Program-made: the position numbers and the translations under genes | In this document: positions 37,853 to 46,997 of the stretch, piece after piece | Position numbering within the stretch: position 1 is the stretch's first letter | How the letters are laid out: each line of letters opens with the position of its first letter | NCBI GenBank assembly: GCA_002009975.1 | Contig: MTLP01000022.1 | Location: 1 to 64,000 of the forward strand | Source: Thermococcus sp. JdFR-02 | Lineage (GTDB): Archaea > Methanobacteriota_B > Thermococci > Thermococcales > Thermococcaceae | Reading direction: 5' to 3' | DNA: 64,000 nt | The notes under the pieces: model-generated | What the model was told of the DNA's origin: nothing | The model's input: only the letters and a program-made list of their open reading frames with translations | Database searches by the model: none

Positions 37853-39701
37853 AGATTTTATTCTTGTTTAGTCGCTTGGACTTCTTCCACCATGCTGAAT
37901 CATAAAAACCTAAAATAGCAACCTCTCCTTTTGGAAATCTTGGCTTTCTACGTACTCTTGTTTTAGCGAGTCTTGTTAATAAAACACTTGCAGAAGCTAT
38001 TAGCGCTACTTTTTGTGAAATTAGTTCCTTTTTCATACTTTGCTTTGATAAAATCATTTGAGGTATATTTGTTTCTTGAATTGTTCTTGTTTTCTCAATT
38101 ATTTCTTGCTCTTGTTTTATTCTTTGCTCTGGTTTGTTTATGAGAATTTTTTCCTTTTTAGATGATAACTTAAACATATTTTTATTGATTTCATATATGC
38201 TTGGCTCAACTTTGTATGTGGATCTTATTTGCTCTTTGCCTTGTCTGCCTTGTATAATGCTACTAGTCACTTCTTGCTCTTGTATATCCTTAATTTCAGG
38301 AATAATTCCAATTATCAAATTATCTTCATCTTCTTTGAAGCGTATTCTTTGAAACATTGGAGAAAGAGTAGCTCCAGCACCAATCACAGCAGTAGAGATG
38401 CTAATTTTTTGAACACCCCTTTTCATGAGCTGAGTTGCGACGTTTATATCTTGTTTTGCTTTTTCTACAAGAATTGTTTGTGGGATAATTGCAGCACCTC
38501 TACGGATTTTGAAAAAGCTTAGTTTACCTGTTGCATCTCTTGCATACCATCCAGAATGAACAACTTTATCTCCCTCTTTTAGCAACCATTCTGTTATCCC
38601 ACCTTTACTGTAAACTTCAATTGATTTTGTACCTTTTTGGATAAGCATGTATCCTTTTTGTGGGTCAATAATTAGCTTTTGTGTTGGTTCTGGACCAGAG
38701 AACACTTTCTCCCAAGGAGGAAGTCTTGGTCCTCCTTTGTTAATATTCACGTTTTTCGCTTGTATCACATTGTTTACTCTAGAGCTGCTTATGAGTGCTG
38801 AGAATGCTCCACCAGCCAATAATCCACCAGCTACTTCACCAAAAAGCTCTCCACTATAAAAGCTTTGTATGAATCCTTCTTTTATTGCTTTTCTGTTTAT
38901 CCAAATCTTTGGTGCTTGTGTTAAGAGTATTGGAATTTCTATAGGCAACATAAAGAATCCTATTGCACCTTGAACGATGTCTTTTCCGGTTTCTTTCACA
39001 GCCCAAGTAGCTCTAGAATCACCTGTATATGGTGTGTTCTCTATTCCAAAACTCTCAATAACGAACTGTGTTGGTGAGAATATCCAGTTCTCTGCTTGCT
39101 TGTTTCTCTGTAACTCTTCAAATGACATTGTTTGTGTTCCAATTAAGAAATCTGACTTATTCTGCTCAAACAAGCTTTGGTCATTGTTAAGCCCTAAAAA
39201 CTCTCTAGTTTTGTATATTCCTCTGTAGTATGCATCCATTCCTCTAAATAACTGCTCTTCTTTTGTTTTGTCGCCGAGTGAATGAGATTTTCCTGAAAGG
39301 TCATCTTCTTCTTGAACATTAGTATTTTTCTCACTTTTTACAGGAACCCTTTTATTGACTGCCACAAAACCGGTATCACTAACAAATCTATCTCTCTTTT
39401 GAGTTTCTATAAGCAACTTAGCTTTAAATAATGCCTCATTTGCTTGTTTTTCAACATATTGGTTAGATCTTTTTTCAAGCTGTATCTCATAGTGATCTCC
39501 CCTATCTATTGCACCTTTAAAAATAGCTATATCTCTCTTATACTTTTCCACAATCTCCTCTCTTGGTGGTTCTGCTTGTGCATAATCGTAATTCTCGATT
39601 GGGTGAGATAAATTAACTGTTATGTTGTATTCTGGATTATAATAAACATATCTTGTTTGTCCGTTTTTTGTTTTTGTAGTTCCAACAAAGATCAGTGCCA
39701 T
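37773..39701 (-). CDS. Large viral protein with Gly-rich hydrophobic core and basic C-terminus
   Basis: 642-aa ORF coupled (TAATG) to the ATPase gene. Confidence 0.75.
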   Translation of the reverse strand: MALIFVGTTKTKNGQTRYVYYNPEYNITVNLSHPIENYDYAQAEPPREEIVEKYKRDIAIFKGAIDRGDHYEIQLEKRSNQYVEKQANEALFKAKLLIETQKRDRFVSDTGFVAVNKRVPVKSEKNTNVQEEDDLSGKSHSLGDKTKEEQLFRGMDAYYRGIYKTREFLGLNNDQSLFEQNKSDFLIGTQTMSFEELQRNKQAENWIFSPTQFVIESFGIENTPYTGDSRATWAVKETGKDIVQGAIGFFMLPIEIPILLTQAPKIWINRKAIKEGFIQSFYSGELFGEVAGGLLAGGAFSALISSSRVNNVIQAKNVNINKGGPRLPPWEKVFSGPEPTQKLIIDPQKGYMLIQKGTKSIEVYSKGGITEWLLKEGDKVVHSGWYARDATGKLSFFKIRRGAAIIPQTILVEKAKQDINVATQLMKRGVQKISISTAVIGAGATLSPMFQRIRFKEDEDNLIIGIIPEIKDIQEQEVTSSIIQGRQGKEQIRSTYKVEPSIYEINKNMFKLSSKKEKILINKPEQRIKQEQEIIEKTRTIQETNIPQMILSKQSMKKELISQKVALIASASVLLTRLAKTRVRRKPRFPKGEVAILGFYDSAWWKKSKRLNKNKIFVLPKFKPSTILPSPKKSRRGKRGLF

Positions 39702-40504
39702 TATCTCACCACCTGTTCAAGGAGTAGATCTAAGTCAATACCGTCGATCTTCTCGCTTATTTCATCAAATGCGTTTGCAATGCCAAGCTTTTTGATGATT
39801 TTTTCTCCTATATGACCTGCAAATGCCCTTACATGTGCGTTCTTTAGCCTTCTATATTCTTCTTCATCATTTGGAGCTGAAAACTTGAAATTCATTGTTG
39901 GAACAATGCCGCTTCTTGCGATTATCTGAGAAAAGCTTACTATTTTTCCAGATTTCTTCAGTTGTGTTGTTGCTTTTAGCAAAGCCCAAAGTCTTGGAGG
40001 AATCCATGCTCCTGCATACCCTCTACGGTAAACGTGAACTAAAATATCTGTACGTCTGTGGAGAACATCTAATTCCCAAAATGCAGGAGTACAAAATATA
40101 AAGACTTGTTTTAGTGCTCCAATTGACTTTAGAGCTTCATCAAAGAGTATGTTTTGTGAGCTCATTGCTCTTCTATGATGTAAAACGTTCTGAGCCTCGT
40201 CAATGATATGAACAGTTCCTGCTGGCGTTTGTTTTTGACTCTTTAAGCGCCTAAACATTATTGCAACGTCTGCAACTGTAAAGTAGACATTGTTTTCAAG
40301 CTCAAATCTCGCTCCATAGCTGTCTCTTAGATAATAAGCAATAGCCCTTGCGAGTGCAGATTTTCCAGTTCTTTCTCTCCCATCAACTAGAATGACAAGA
40401 TCCTCTTGTTCCTTCATTGCAACTTTAAATGCTCTACCTATCATCTCGAAGAACTTATTCGCCATTTTCTTCTTCCTCCACTGAGAGGGTTTGTGGGATT
40501 TCAA
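39701..40504 (-). CDS. P-loop ATPase, putative packaging/extrusion ATPase (probable start ATG at 40465)
   Basis: Walker A GRERTGKS, Walker B HIIDEAQ; within structural module. Confidence 0.85.
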   Translation of the reverse strand: MKSHKPSQWRKKKMANKFFEMIGRAFKVAMKEQEDLVILVDGRERTGKSALARAIAYYLRDSYGARFELENNVYFTVADVAIMFRRLKSQKQTPAGTVHIIDEAQNVLHHRRAMSSQNILFDEALKSIGALKQVFIFCTPAFWELDVLHRRTDILVHVYRRGYAGAWIPPRLWALLKATTQLKKSGKIVSFSQIIARSGIVPTMNFKFSAPNDEEEYRRLKNAHVRAFAGHIGEKIIKKLGIANAFDEISEKIDGIDLDLLLEQVVR

Positions 40505-40910
40505 GCTGCATTATGTCTAATAGTCCATGTTTAACTGCAAACTTAACAAGAGCCTCAGCGACAATAATGAGGACATTTGCTTTGACATCCAAGGATATCT
40601 GCTCAGGCTTGAGTTCGAAACTCTTGAGGTGCTTGTAAATCTCGAACGCCTTTTTTTCCTTCTTATTTAATTCATCTGATTTTATCTTTGGCTCAATGAG
40701 TGTAAAAACCTCATCAATACTTGTTTGAAGATTTTGGAAGAGTTTAATATCAAATTTCCCATTAATATATTTTGATCTAAACTGAGCTAAAGAGGAATTT
40801 AAATCTAAAAGAGAAAAAGTCATGTAGAGGCGAAAAGCCTCATGGGGTCTTGCCATATCTTTTTTTATTGCTTGAGCTTCGTATTCAAAGAAGACATCTA
40901 ATTTTGTCAT
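40455..40910 (-). CDS. Viral hypothetical protein
   Basis: Coupled ORF in late operon. Confidence 0.7.
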   Translation of the reverse strand: MTKLDVFFEYEAQAIKKDMARPHEAFRLYMTFSLLDLNSSLAQFRSKYINGKFDIKLFQNLQTSIDEVFTLIEPKIKSDELNKKEKKAFEIYKHLKSFELKPEQISLDVKANVLIIVAEALVKFAVKHGLLDIMQLEIPQTLSVEEEENGE

Positions 40911-41803
40911 ATCTTGACCACCTTTGTGGTGTTTTGTATTGTTTGATCGGCTAAGTGTCTAAGCAGTTCTGGAGAGATTTCAACATTCACTTGCGGTGGT
41001 TTTCCAAAACTCTTTAACATCATTATTGCAAATGCAAGACCAACAAGAACCAAGAATACCGCAAATGCGAATTTTACAATGTCGCTCTTGAGGACTGAGC
41101 TCATTTGTAGTGCGTATAAGTCCATATTTCCAGTAACTTTTGGAGCGCTTGCTCCATGTGAGTACTCTCCTATTAGGTTTAGATCAAGTTGTCTGACAAC
41201 AAGAACTTGTCTGTTAGTCTTGAGCTCCTCAAGTTGCATATTTTCCTTTACTTCAACTACTTGTGCATTCTTGTCAACAAAAGCCCTCATTTCCTGTTCT
41301 GTCCGCTTTAACTCATCATTAAGTGCTTTTAATGTTGCTTCAGCTTCTTTGAGTTTCTTTTCGTCCTGTATCTTACTCATTGAGTTTAACAACTTATTGT
41401 AGTCGTAGTTCAGCTCAAGATACTTTTTAATCAAATCATCTCTTCCAAGCTCTTTGAGAGCTGTTAAAATTGCCCACATGCTTGGATGTATTGAAGTACC
41501 ATATTCAACACTTAGTATGTAGAGTGGTTTACCCCAAAGGTATGTCTTGTGAGCAGGATTAACAATGAAATTGAGCTTTGATTTTCCAACCTTTATCCTT
41601 AGAATGTTTCCAATAATATCTTTAGTATAGCCAAATTTTGTTATTGCACCGTGCAGGATGTAAAAACTACCTGGTCCTGGAATCCTTCCTTTAATGACAG
41701 TTCCACCAAGAGCAAGAGCAATTATTGAGACTGTTGTTAGTACTGAAATTGTCATTATCATCATTATAAGGAATGTTGAACTGACAACAACAGGTACGCC
41801 CAT
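40907..41803 (-). CDS. Viral membrane protein with central coiled coil
   Basis: N-terminal TM, KKLKEAEATLKALNDELKRTEQEMR, C-terminal TM. Confidence 0.75.
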   Translation of the reverse strand: MGVPVVVSSTFLIMMIMTISVLTTVSIIALALGGTVIKGRIPGPGSFYILHGAITKFGYTKDIIGNILRIKVGKSKLNFIVNPAHKTYLWGKPLYILSVEYGTSIHPSMWAILTALKELGRDDLIKKYLELNYDYNKLLNSMSKIQDEKKLKEAEATLKALNDELKRTEQEMRAFVDKNAQVVEVKENMQLEELKTNRQVLVVRQLDLNLIGEYSHGASAPKVTGNMDLYALQMSSVLKSDIVKFAFAVFLVLVGLAFAIMMLKSFGKPPQVNVEISPELLRHLADQTIQNTTKVVKI

Positions 41804-42276
41804 TAGTACTCACCCCCAAATGGGAAAAACTTTCTTCTCCTTGGTAATTGAGGGATATTTGCCTGATAACTAATGACTTTCGAGATTTGACTTATTTTAT
41901 CCAATAGATGTCCGCTCTTTGCTCTTGAGAGATGAGCATTAACATAAATCTTAAGCATCTCAAAGTCTTCAATCGTCGCTTTTAGTTCATCTCCCATAAA
42001 TTTTGGAATTTGGAACAGCTCAATGAGTTCTAACTTTGCGAGTGATGCCCTAACCATGCTAATTTCTTTCTCAGAAAAGTTAGCAAGACTTAAACTTGGA
42101 TCCTTTAGCGTTATAAGTTTCTCCAAGCGACTTGGGAAATATCTTTCACTGTCTCTGATCGCATTAATAATAACGTCATTAGTTTCAAAACTTGGTGTTG
42201 CTTTAATTTCAGTTCTAAATTCCTTTAGAACGTCATCCAATGGATTTAATTGTGGATATTCATTAAATTCATTCAC
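41803..42276 (-). CDS. Viral hypothetical protein
   Basis: Coupled ORF, GAGGTGA RBS. Confidence 0.7.
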   Translation of the reverse strand: MNEFNEYPQLNPLDDVLKEFRTEIKATPSFETNDVIINAIRDSERYFPSRLEKLITLKDPSLSLANFSEKEISMVRASLAKLELIELFQIPKFMGDELKATIEDFEMLKIYVNAHLSRAKSGHLLDKISQISKVISYQANIPQLPRRRKFFPFGGEY

Positions 42277-42583
42277 CTCTACCCCTCCTGAAAGTGTTTA
42301 CCCAATTTTGATCTAAGAAAACTCCAACCGTGTAAACAAGTCCAGCTATGAATGCACCCCACCACATAAATGCCAGTCCCCATTCATTTCCTTCAAGCTG
42401 AAGAACACTTCCAGAATCCGTTATTACGTTTAAATCAAAGCTATAAATTCCAGCAATTAAAAAAAGTGCACTCCCCACTGCAATTAGGAGTGGATTATCA
42501 CCATTCGCTCCAGCAATATACATTGCTGCTGCAATTACGAGTACTACTAAGTATATTTCCAACAGCATAGTATCCCACCTCAA
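42269..42583 (-). CDS. Viral 3-TM membrane protein
   Basis: Three hydrophobic helices; directly after capsid candidate. Confidence 0.75.
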   Translation of the reverse strand: MRWDTMLLEIYLVVLVIAAAMYIAGANGDNPLLIAVGSALFLIAGIYSFDLNVITDSGSVLQLEGNEWGLAFMWWGAFIAGLVYTVGVFLDQNWVNTFRRGRGE

Positions 42584-42604
42584 AAATAAATTGAAGAAAA
42601 AGGA

Positions 42605-43015
42605 TCAGCCTCTACCTATAAAAGCGTAAACTGCACCTATGAGCATTCCAAATACTGATACTAATATTGTCAGACCCCATGCCTCGAAACCTTGTCCTGT
42701 ATAGCTAAGGAAATTTTGATACGGTGTATAGAAAGTGCTATTTGCTGAAATCTTTGCAGAAACTGTTGGTTCGACTTGTGCTACAACCATAATTGCAATG
42801 AAAGCTGTAATAAAAACTGCTGCTAATGCTGCACCAACTCTTGGATCTAATGAACCTCTTCTCCTTGCGAAATTTATTTCCCAAGGCATGATGACTGGTG
42901 TTCTTTGCTTTTCAAGTTTCTCAAGCCTACTTAGTGCCTTTGCCTGTGCCTTCTCTAACCCTACTACCACAAAACTCAAAACAAGCAAAATTGGCGTCGG
43001 TAGTTTAAACTTCAC
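42605..43015 (-). CDS. Putative major capsid protein, spindle-virus hydrophobic-hairpin type
   Basis: Leader ending RRRG, then two hydrophobic helices with NST sequon between; strong GAGGAGGTG RBS; first gene of structural operon; T-rich run after stop. Confidence 0.7.
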   Translation of the reverse strand: MKFKLPTPILLVLSFVVVGLEKAQAKALSRLEKLEKQRTPVIMPWEINFARRRGSLDPRVGAALAAVFITAFIAIMVVAQVEPTVSAKISANSTFYTPYQNFLSYTGQGFEAWGLTILVSVFGMLIGAVYAFIGRG

Positions 43016-43226
43016 ATGCCCACCTCCTCAAATAGGATTCCAACAGAAAAATTAGCCCCAAATCTTTAAATAACTTAGTCAAACGCTTTCTTTGGGCTAA
43101 AGAAGTCATAACAATGCTTATTATGTTTGTCAAACTTTCTAAATTAAGGCATATAATATAATCTAATTAATATGGTTGGAAAATCTTGCTCACTATGACA
43201 AACAAAAAAGAAAGTGTGTGAGAAAG

Positions 43227-43514
43227 TTAGACAAGCTCTTCGATTGCCTTGAGTAGAGACTTCTTCGAGTCACTTCTTGTTCTCATCTTCAAAAGAGGAG
43301 CAAGTTTCTCTGGAGGTATCCTAAGTGAAAGAGATAAAACAGCAAGTTCATAGACCTTTGCTCTGTTACTAAGCTCGTATTTTTCCTGTAATCTTTCAAC
43401 TATTTTTCTCAATGTTTCGTTCTCTCTAATATATGTGTAATCGTCTTTTTTCTCTTTGAAATATTTCAGCAATATTATCTTTTGTGCTTGTTCTAACTCT
43501 AACACTTCAGCCAT
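43227..43514 (-). CDS. Putative ribbon-helix-helix regulator
   Basis: YTYIRENETLRKIVERLQEKYELSNRAKVYELAV strand-helix-helix pattern. Confidence 0.55.
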   Translation of the reverse strand: MAEVLELEQAQKIILLKYFKEKKDDYTYIRENETLRKIVERLQEKYELSNRAKVYELAVLSLSLRIPPEKLAPLLKMRTRSDSKKSLLKAIEELV

Positions 43515-43525
43515 AATTCTTCACC

Positions 43526-43630
43526 TTATTTTCTTGCCTTTTTCTTTATTGTCCTTCCAAGCCTCAAACCAAGTAGCATTGAAACAATTCCCAATCCAGA
43601 TAAAACTACCATCCAAAAAACCCAACTCAT
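43526..43630 (-). CDS. 34-aa single-TM micro-protein (not in track)
   Basis: MSWVFWMVVLSGLGIVSMLLGLRLGRTIKKKARK; AGGAGGTGA RBS; ATGA overlap. Confidence 0.7.
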   Translation of the reverse strand: MSWVFWMVVLSGLGIVSMLLGLRLGRTIKKKARK

Positions 43631-44055
43631 TTTTTCACCTCCTTTGCAGGCTGGAAGCTTCGCCGTTCACGGCGAGGAGGAAAGCTCGTAAAGTTTATCT
43701 TCAGGAGATCCCATCCCAACGAGATCATGCCAACGAGGATTGTTAATAGTCCTATACTAGTGAGTCCAAAACCAACTTTTTCATCCCAACTCATCGGTGG
43801 ACCCTCATCAGAAGCCCAACAACACGTAGGAAATTCCTTATCAGTGAAATTGTGGGCTTCTAAGTACCTATCGACTGCATACATGCAAGTGCCTCCACAA
43901 GCAACCCTTATTCCAAGCTCTTTTTCAGCCCATTCAATTGCCTTGTATGTATTTTGAACACAGAGAGGAGGTTCCGCATGCTCTAGGATAACCCACCCTA
44001 CTACGAATAACAAAATCCCTATGCCGAGGACTACGAGATCCTCTTTGTATGTCAT
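43627..44055 (-). CDS. 2-TM protein with Cys-rich loop
   Basis: Two TMs, five Cys in loop; ATGA-coupled to int(C). Confidence 0.75.
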   Translation of the reverse strand: MTYKEDLVVLGIGILLFVVGWVILEHAEPPLCVQNTYKAIEWAEKELGIRVACGGTCMYAVDRYLEAHNFTDKEFPTCCWASDEGPPMSWDEKVGFGLTSIGLLTILVGMISLGWDLLKINFTSFPPRRERRSFQPAKEVKK

Positions 44056-44885
44056 TCCTCCAACACCTCTTTTAGCTTATCAACAACGCGAGAATAAGCC
44101 GTATCGGCTTTTTTCATCAAATCGAGATAGTGCTTCTCAAGAACAGAGCGTGAAACTCTGCTATGAATAAAGTTCACAAGATATCCGTCAATATAATCAA
44201 TGAGAAAATTAGTGTGCCATTTCCTTATCGTTGAGGGATTAACGCGCCCATAGTGGAGCTTCTTGTTAATCGTATCGTACTTCACATTTACTTGGCTTAA
44301 CTCATGTACAAGCTCCGCTGGAAAGTATACGAAAAAGGCTGCTTTCGTGCCTTTTCTCCCCATGAGTGGATACTTCGCCGCTTTGCCAAAAACAATGACT
44401 TTTGAAGCATCGTAGTTTGTGAGCATGTCATGAACAGCTGAGAGCCTCGCTCCGCTATAAACAAGAAGCTTGAAGAAAAGCAAAGTATCTACATCTGCAT
44501 GCTTCTTGAAGTACTCATAAGCCTCTCTGAGCTCTTCAATTGAGATGTAGATTTCTCTTTTACCAGTTTGCTTGATTTTGATAATCTCTTTCAACTGCTC
44601 GTGCTCTTCCCTTGTAATCACGTTTATCTCTTTCAAGAAGTGTATGAAATTTCTAAGTGCCTTGCAGAGGTTACGCTTGTAGTTTTCCTTGATTAATGCT
44701 TTTTGCAAGTCTTCATAGCTGTGTACCTTGTACTTAGCAAAAAATCTCTCAAGTGCTCTTAAGTAGTCTTTCGCTGTCTTTGCGGCTACTTTTTGTGAGA
44801 GCCATTCGCCAAATTGCTCCTTATATTTATTCCACCACTCCTGCCACGCCGCGGGCCCGGGTTCAAATCCCGGCCACCGCACCAC
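44052..44885 (-). CDS. Integrase C-terminal fragment int(C), SSV/pTN3-type tyrosine recombinase
   Basis: SGAR, KGTK, TIRKW, FIHSR, KHY catalytic positions; begins inside attR. Confidence 0.92.
   Translation of the reverse strand: MVRWPGFEPGPAAWQEWWNKYKEQFGEWLSQKVAAKTAKDYLRALERFFAKYKVHSYEDLQKALIKENYKRNLCKALRNFIHFLKEINVITREEHEQLKEIIKIKQTGKREIYISIEELREAYEYFKKHADVDTLLFFKLLVYSGARLSAVHDMLTNYDASKVIVFGKAAKYPLMGRKGTKAAFFVYFPAELVHELSQVNVKYDTINKKLHYGRVNPSTIRKWHTNFLIDYIDGYLVNFIHSRVSRSVLEKHYLDLMKKADTAYSRVVDKLKEVLEE
44840..44885 (+). repeat. attR, 46 bp
   Basis: Identical to 21147-21192. Confidence 0.97.
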
Positions 44886-45247
44886 AACTCATTCTTAGAA
44901 GCTTCTTCAATCTCTTCTTGGGATAAGTGCTCTTTTAGAAATCTGTTGGTCAATCTGAATAAGCTGTACTCTTTGTTGAGAACCTTTTCTACATCAACAT
45001 TTTTGAAATTGTTAGTAGAGCCCTATACTTCCTTTTCAAAGATCTTTAAGAGTTTTCCACACTTAAACTAGATATATCAGCCAATGATTGAGATTAAACT
45101 CCAATCGTTGGAATGTCAAGTTCAAGCCTCTAATTCCGAAGTTGAAGCCTACTATAAACGAGAAGAAGTATAAGATCAAACTATCCTAAACGATATAAAT
45201 GACAAAATCTAACATTTAACTAAGAATCACTTGGAGGGTATTAACAA

Positions 45248-45661
45248 ATGACCATTTTTGCCCCTTCCATTGCAAAGATATTATCTAAAATCTCCACCAA
45301 TGTATGGAACAAAATTGTTATGGATGAGCTAGAATTCAAACTCAGAGATCAACTTAAAAGATATGGATTTGGCAAGTTTGCCACTCTAATGATTGCTATA
45401 GGTTTAAACGATTATCAGTTTAAAGAACCGGCGGAAAGGGTCTATTGGTCCGAGATACATGAAATAATAAAAAACAAATCTGTTCCTAAAACTACAAAAG
45501 AATTAGAAGAGTTATTAGCTCCTTTCTACGAGAATAAACGATTACACAGGATCAAAATCAAGAGATTACAAAAATTTCTCAATAGTTGTATAACATATAT
45601 TTCTGGAATTCAAGTCCATCCGAAGTTAGTAGAAACTTTAGGTTATGATACAATACCATAA
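45248..45661 (+). pseudogene. Truncated AGOG-like N-glycosylase/DNA lyase
   Basis: LMIAIGLNDYQ...YW...KRLHRIKIKRLQK resembles AGOG N-half; catalytic C-half absent. Confidence 0.5.
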
Positions 45662-45673
45662 GGAGAGTTGTAA

Positions 45674-46654
45674 ATGGGCTTAAAGAGTCTTCATGCCAAT
45701 TTGCAAAATGAACTTGTTAAAATAGGTAATAAATTTGGATTCTTAGCTACAAAAGAGTATCATCTAAAAAATCTTTATCCAAGATACTCACCAATAGTCG
45801 ATGTAGTCTGGTTCTATCAACTCTCAGAAGAACAGTCATTAGCAATAAGCAAAGTATATGATTTATGGCGTTATTGGAAAGGTTCAAGAGCATTGTATCC
45901 ATATGTAGCCTTTGAAATTACATCTTTAGATGCCACCTCAAAGACAATCATGAGTGAAATCTGGAATCTAAAGCTTGCTGGGTTCAGATATTCTTTTAAT
46001 GTTGTTCCTAGTAAAAATCCAAAACATCCAGATTACATGCACAAAGAGAGAGCTGAAAGAATAGCTAGGACATTAAAACATTTTTCTGGAGTGAGTGATG
46101 CTTTTGTTGTTTCAATAGAAGAGCTTAAAGAAGCCATTTATAATATGAAAAGTTCTCCTATCAAGGTATTATCTACAAGGAAACCAACATTATTCAAAAT
46201 TCCACATTTGAGAGATAATCTCCACAATAACATAATACACAAGTTAGCAGAATTCGGAAAAAAACATGGTTTCATCCCTATGGTTGAGTACACTCCAAGC
46301 TGGCTCAAAAAGTTTGAGAAGAGAGCAACTTTTATTCGGCATGATGTTGTATGGCTCCTAGAATTGCCTGTTGATACTGAGATTCAGTTTAAGGAGTTCT
46401 TAAGATTTCTGGGGATTAATCCAGTTAGAGACGTTAATCCTATTGAAGTACTAGCTTTTGAAGTTGAATTAGGAGCTTTTAATAAGCACAGCATCGGCAG
46501 TGTTCTCAATCTTGCCAGAATATCCAGAAGAGGTGTTTTAGTAATAGAGAATAAAAAGCCCAATCTTACGGAGACTGTAAGGCTTATCTCATCCAACAGA
46601 GTAGATGTAAAGAGTGTTACTGAATTTAAAGAGCTGTTTAAGAATCTAAAGTAA
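45674..46654 (+). CDS. Protein with two tandem restriction-endonuclease-like domains
   Basis: LHANLQ..GF..EY..DVVW..AFEI repeated as LHNNII..GF..EY..DVVW..AFEV. Confidence 0.65.
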   Translation: MGLKSLHANLQNELVKIGNKFGFLATKEYHLKNLYPRYSPIVDVVWFYQLSEEQSLAISKVYDLWRYWKGSRALYPYVAFEITSLDATSKTIMSEIWNLKLAGFRYSFNVVPSKNPKHPDYMHKERAERIARTLKHFSGVSDAFVVSIEELKEAIYNMKSSPIKVLSTRKPTLFKIPHLRDNLHNNIIHKLAEFGKKHGFIPMVEYTPSWLKKFEKRATFIRHDVVWLLELPVDTEIQFKEFLRFLGINPVRDVNPIEVLAFEVELGAFNKHSIGSVLNLARISRRGVLVIENKKPNLTETVRLISSNRVDVKSVTEFKELFKNLK

Positions 46655-46997
46655 CAATCATAAAGTTTTTTACCAAGTTTAAAAATTAAAAGAAGAGAAA
46701 ACATTCCTAACTCCACTATTTTAAGAGTTTTTAATGTCATCAATTATCTTCTGAGTAAGTTCTATCTGCCTGTACTTCAAGATCATAGATAGTACTATTC
46801 CAATGTTACCTTAAGTAAAATGTTCCGAACTCAAGTAGAGCTATGATTGCATTAACCAAACTCTCATATATACTCAATAACCTAGCCTAGTAAACTCATG
46901 ATTTTAAACCATTTAACAATTAGGAGATTCTGTCCACCATTTTCGAATCAATCTGTTAAAAACATCCTTAAAACAGAAAAGGAAAAATCAAAAGTAA

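Larger units (their letters stand above)
21147..44885. mobile_element. Integrated provirus (~23.7 kb) with SSV-type integrase, MCM replicon and spindle-virus-like structural module
   Basis: 46-bp att direct repeats from tRNA-Gly 3' half, split integrase, MCM, ATPase, hydrophobic-hairpin capsid candidate, adhesins. Confidence 0.93.

Noticed and set aside
44840-44885. Second tRNA-Gly gene
   Set aside because: Only the 3' half is present; it is attR.
44886-45070. int(N) of an older tandem element (frame ...EEASKNELWCGGRDLNPG)
   Set aside because: Upstream stop, no clear start, and no further att copy or int(C) seen downstream; unsupported.
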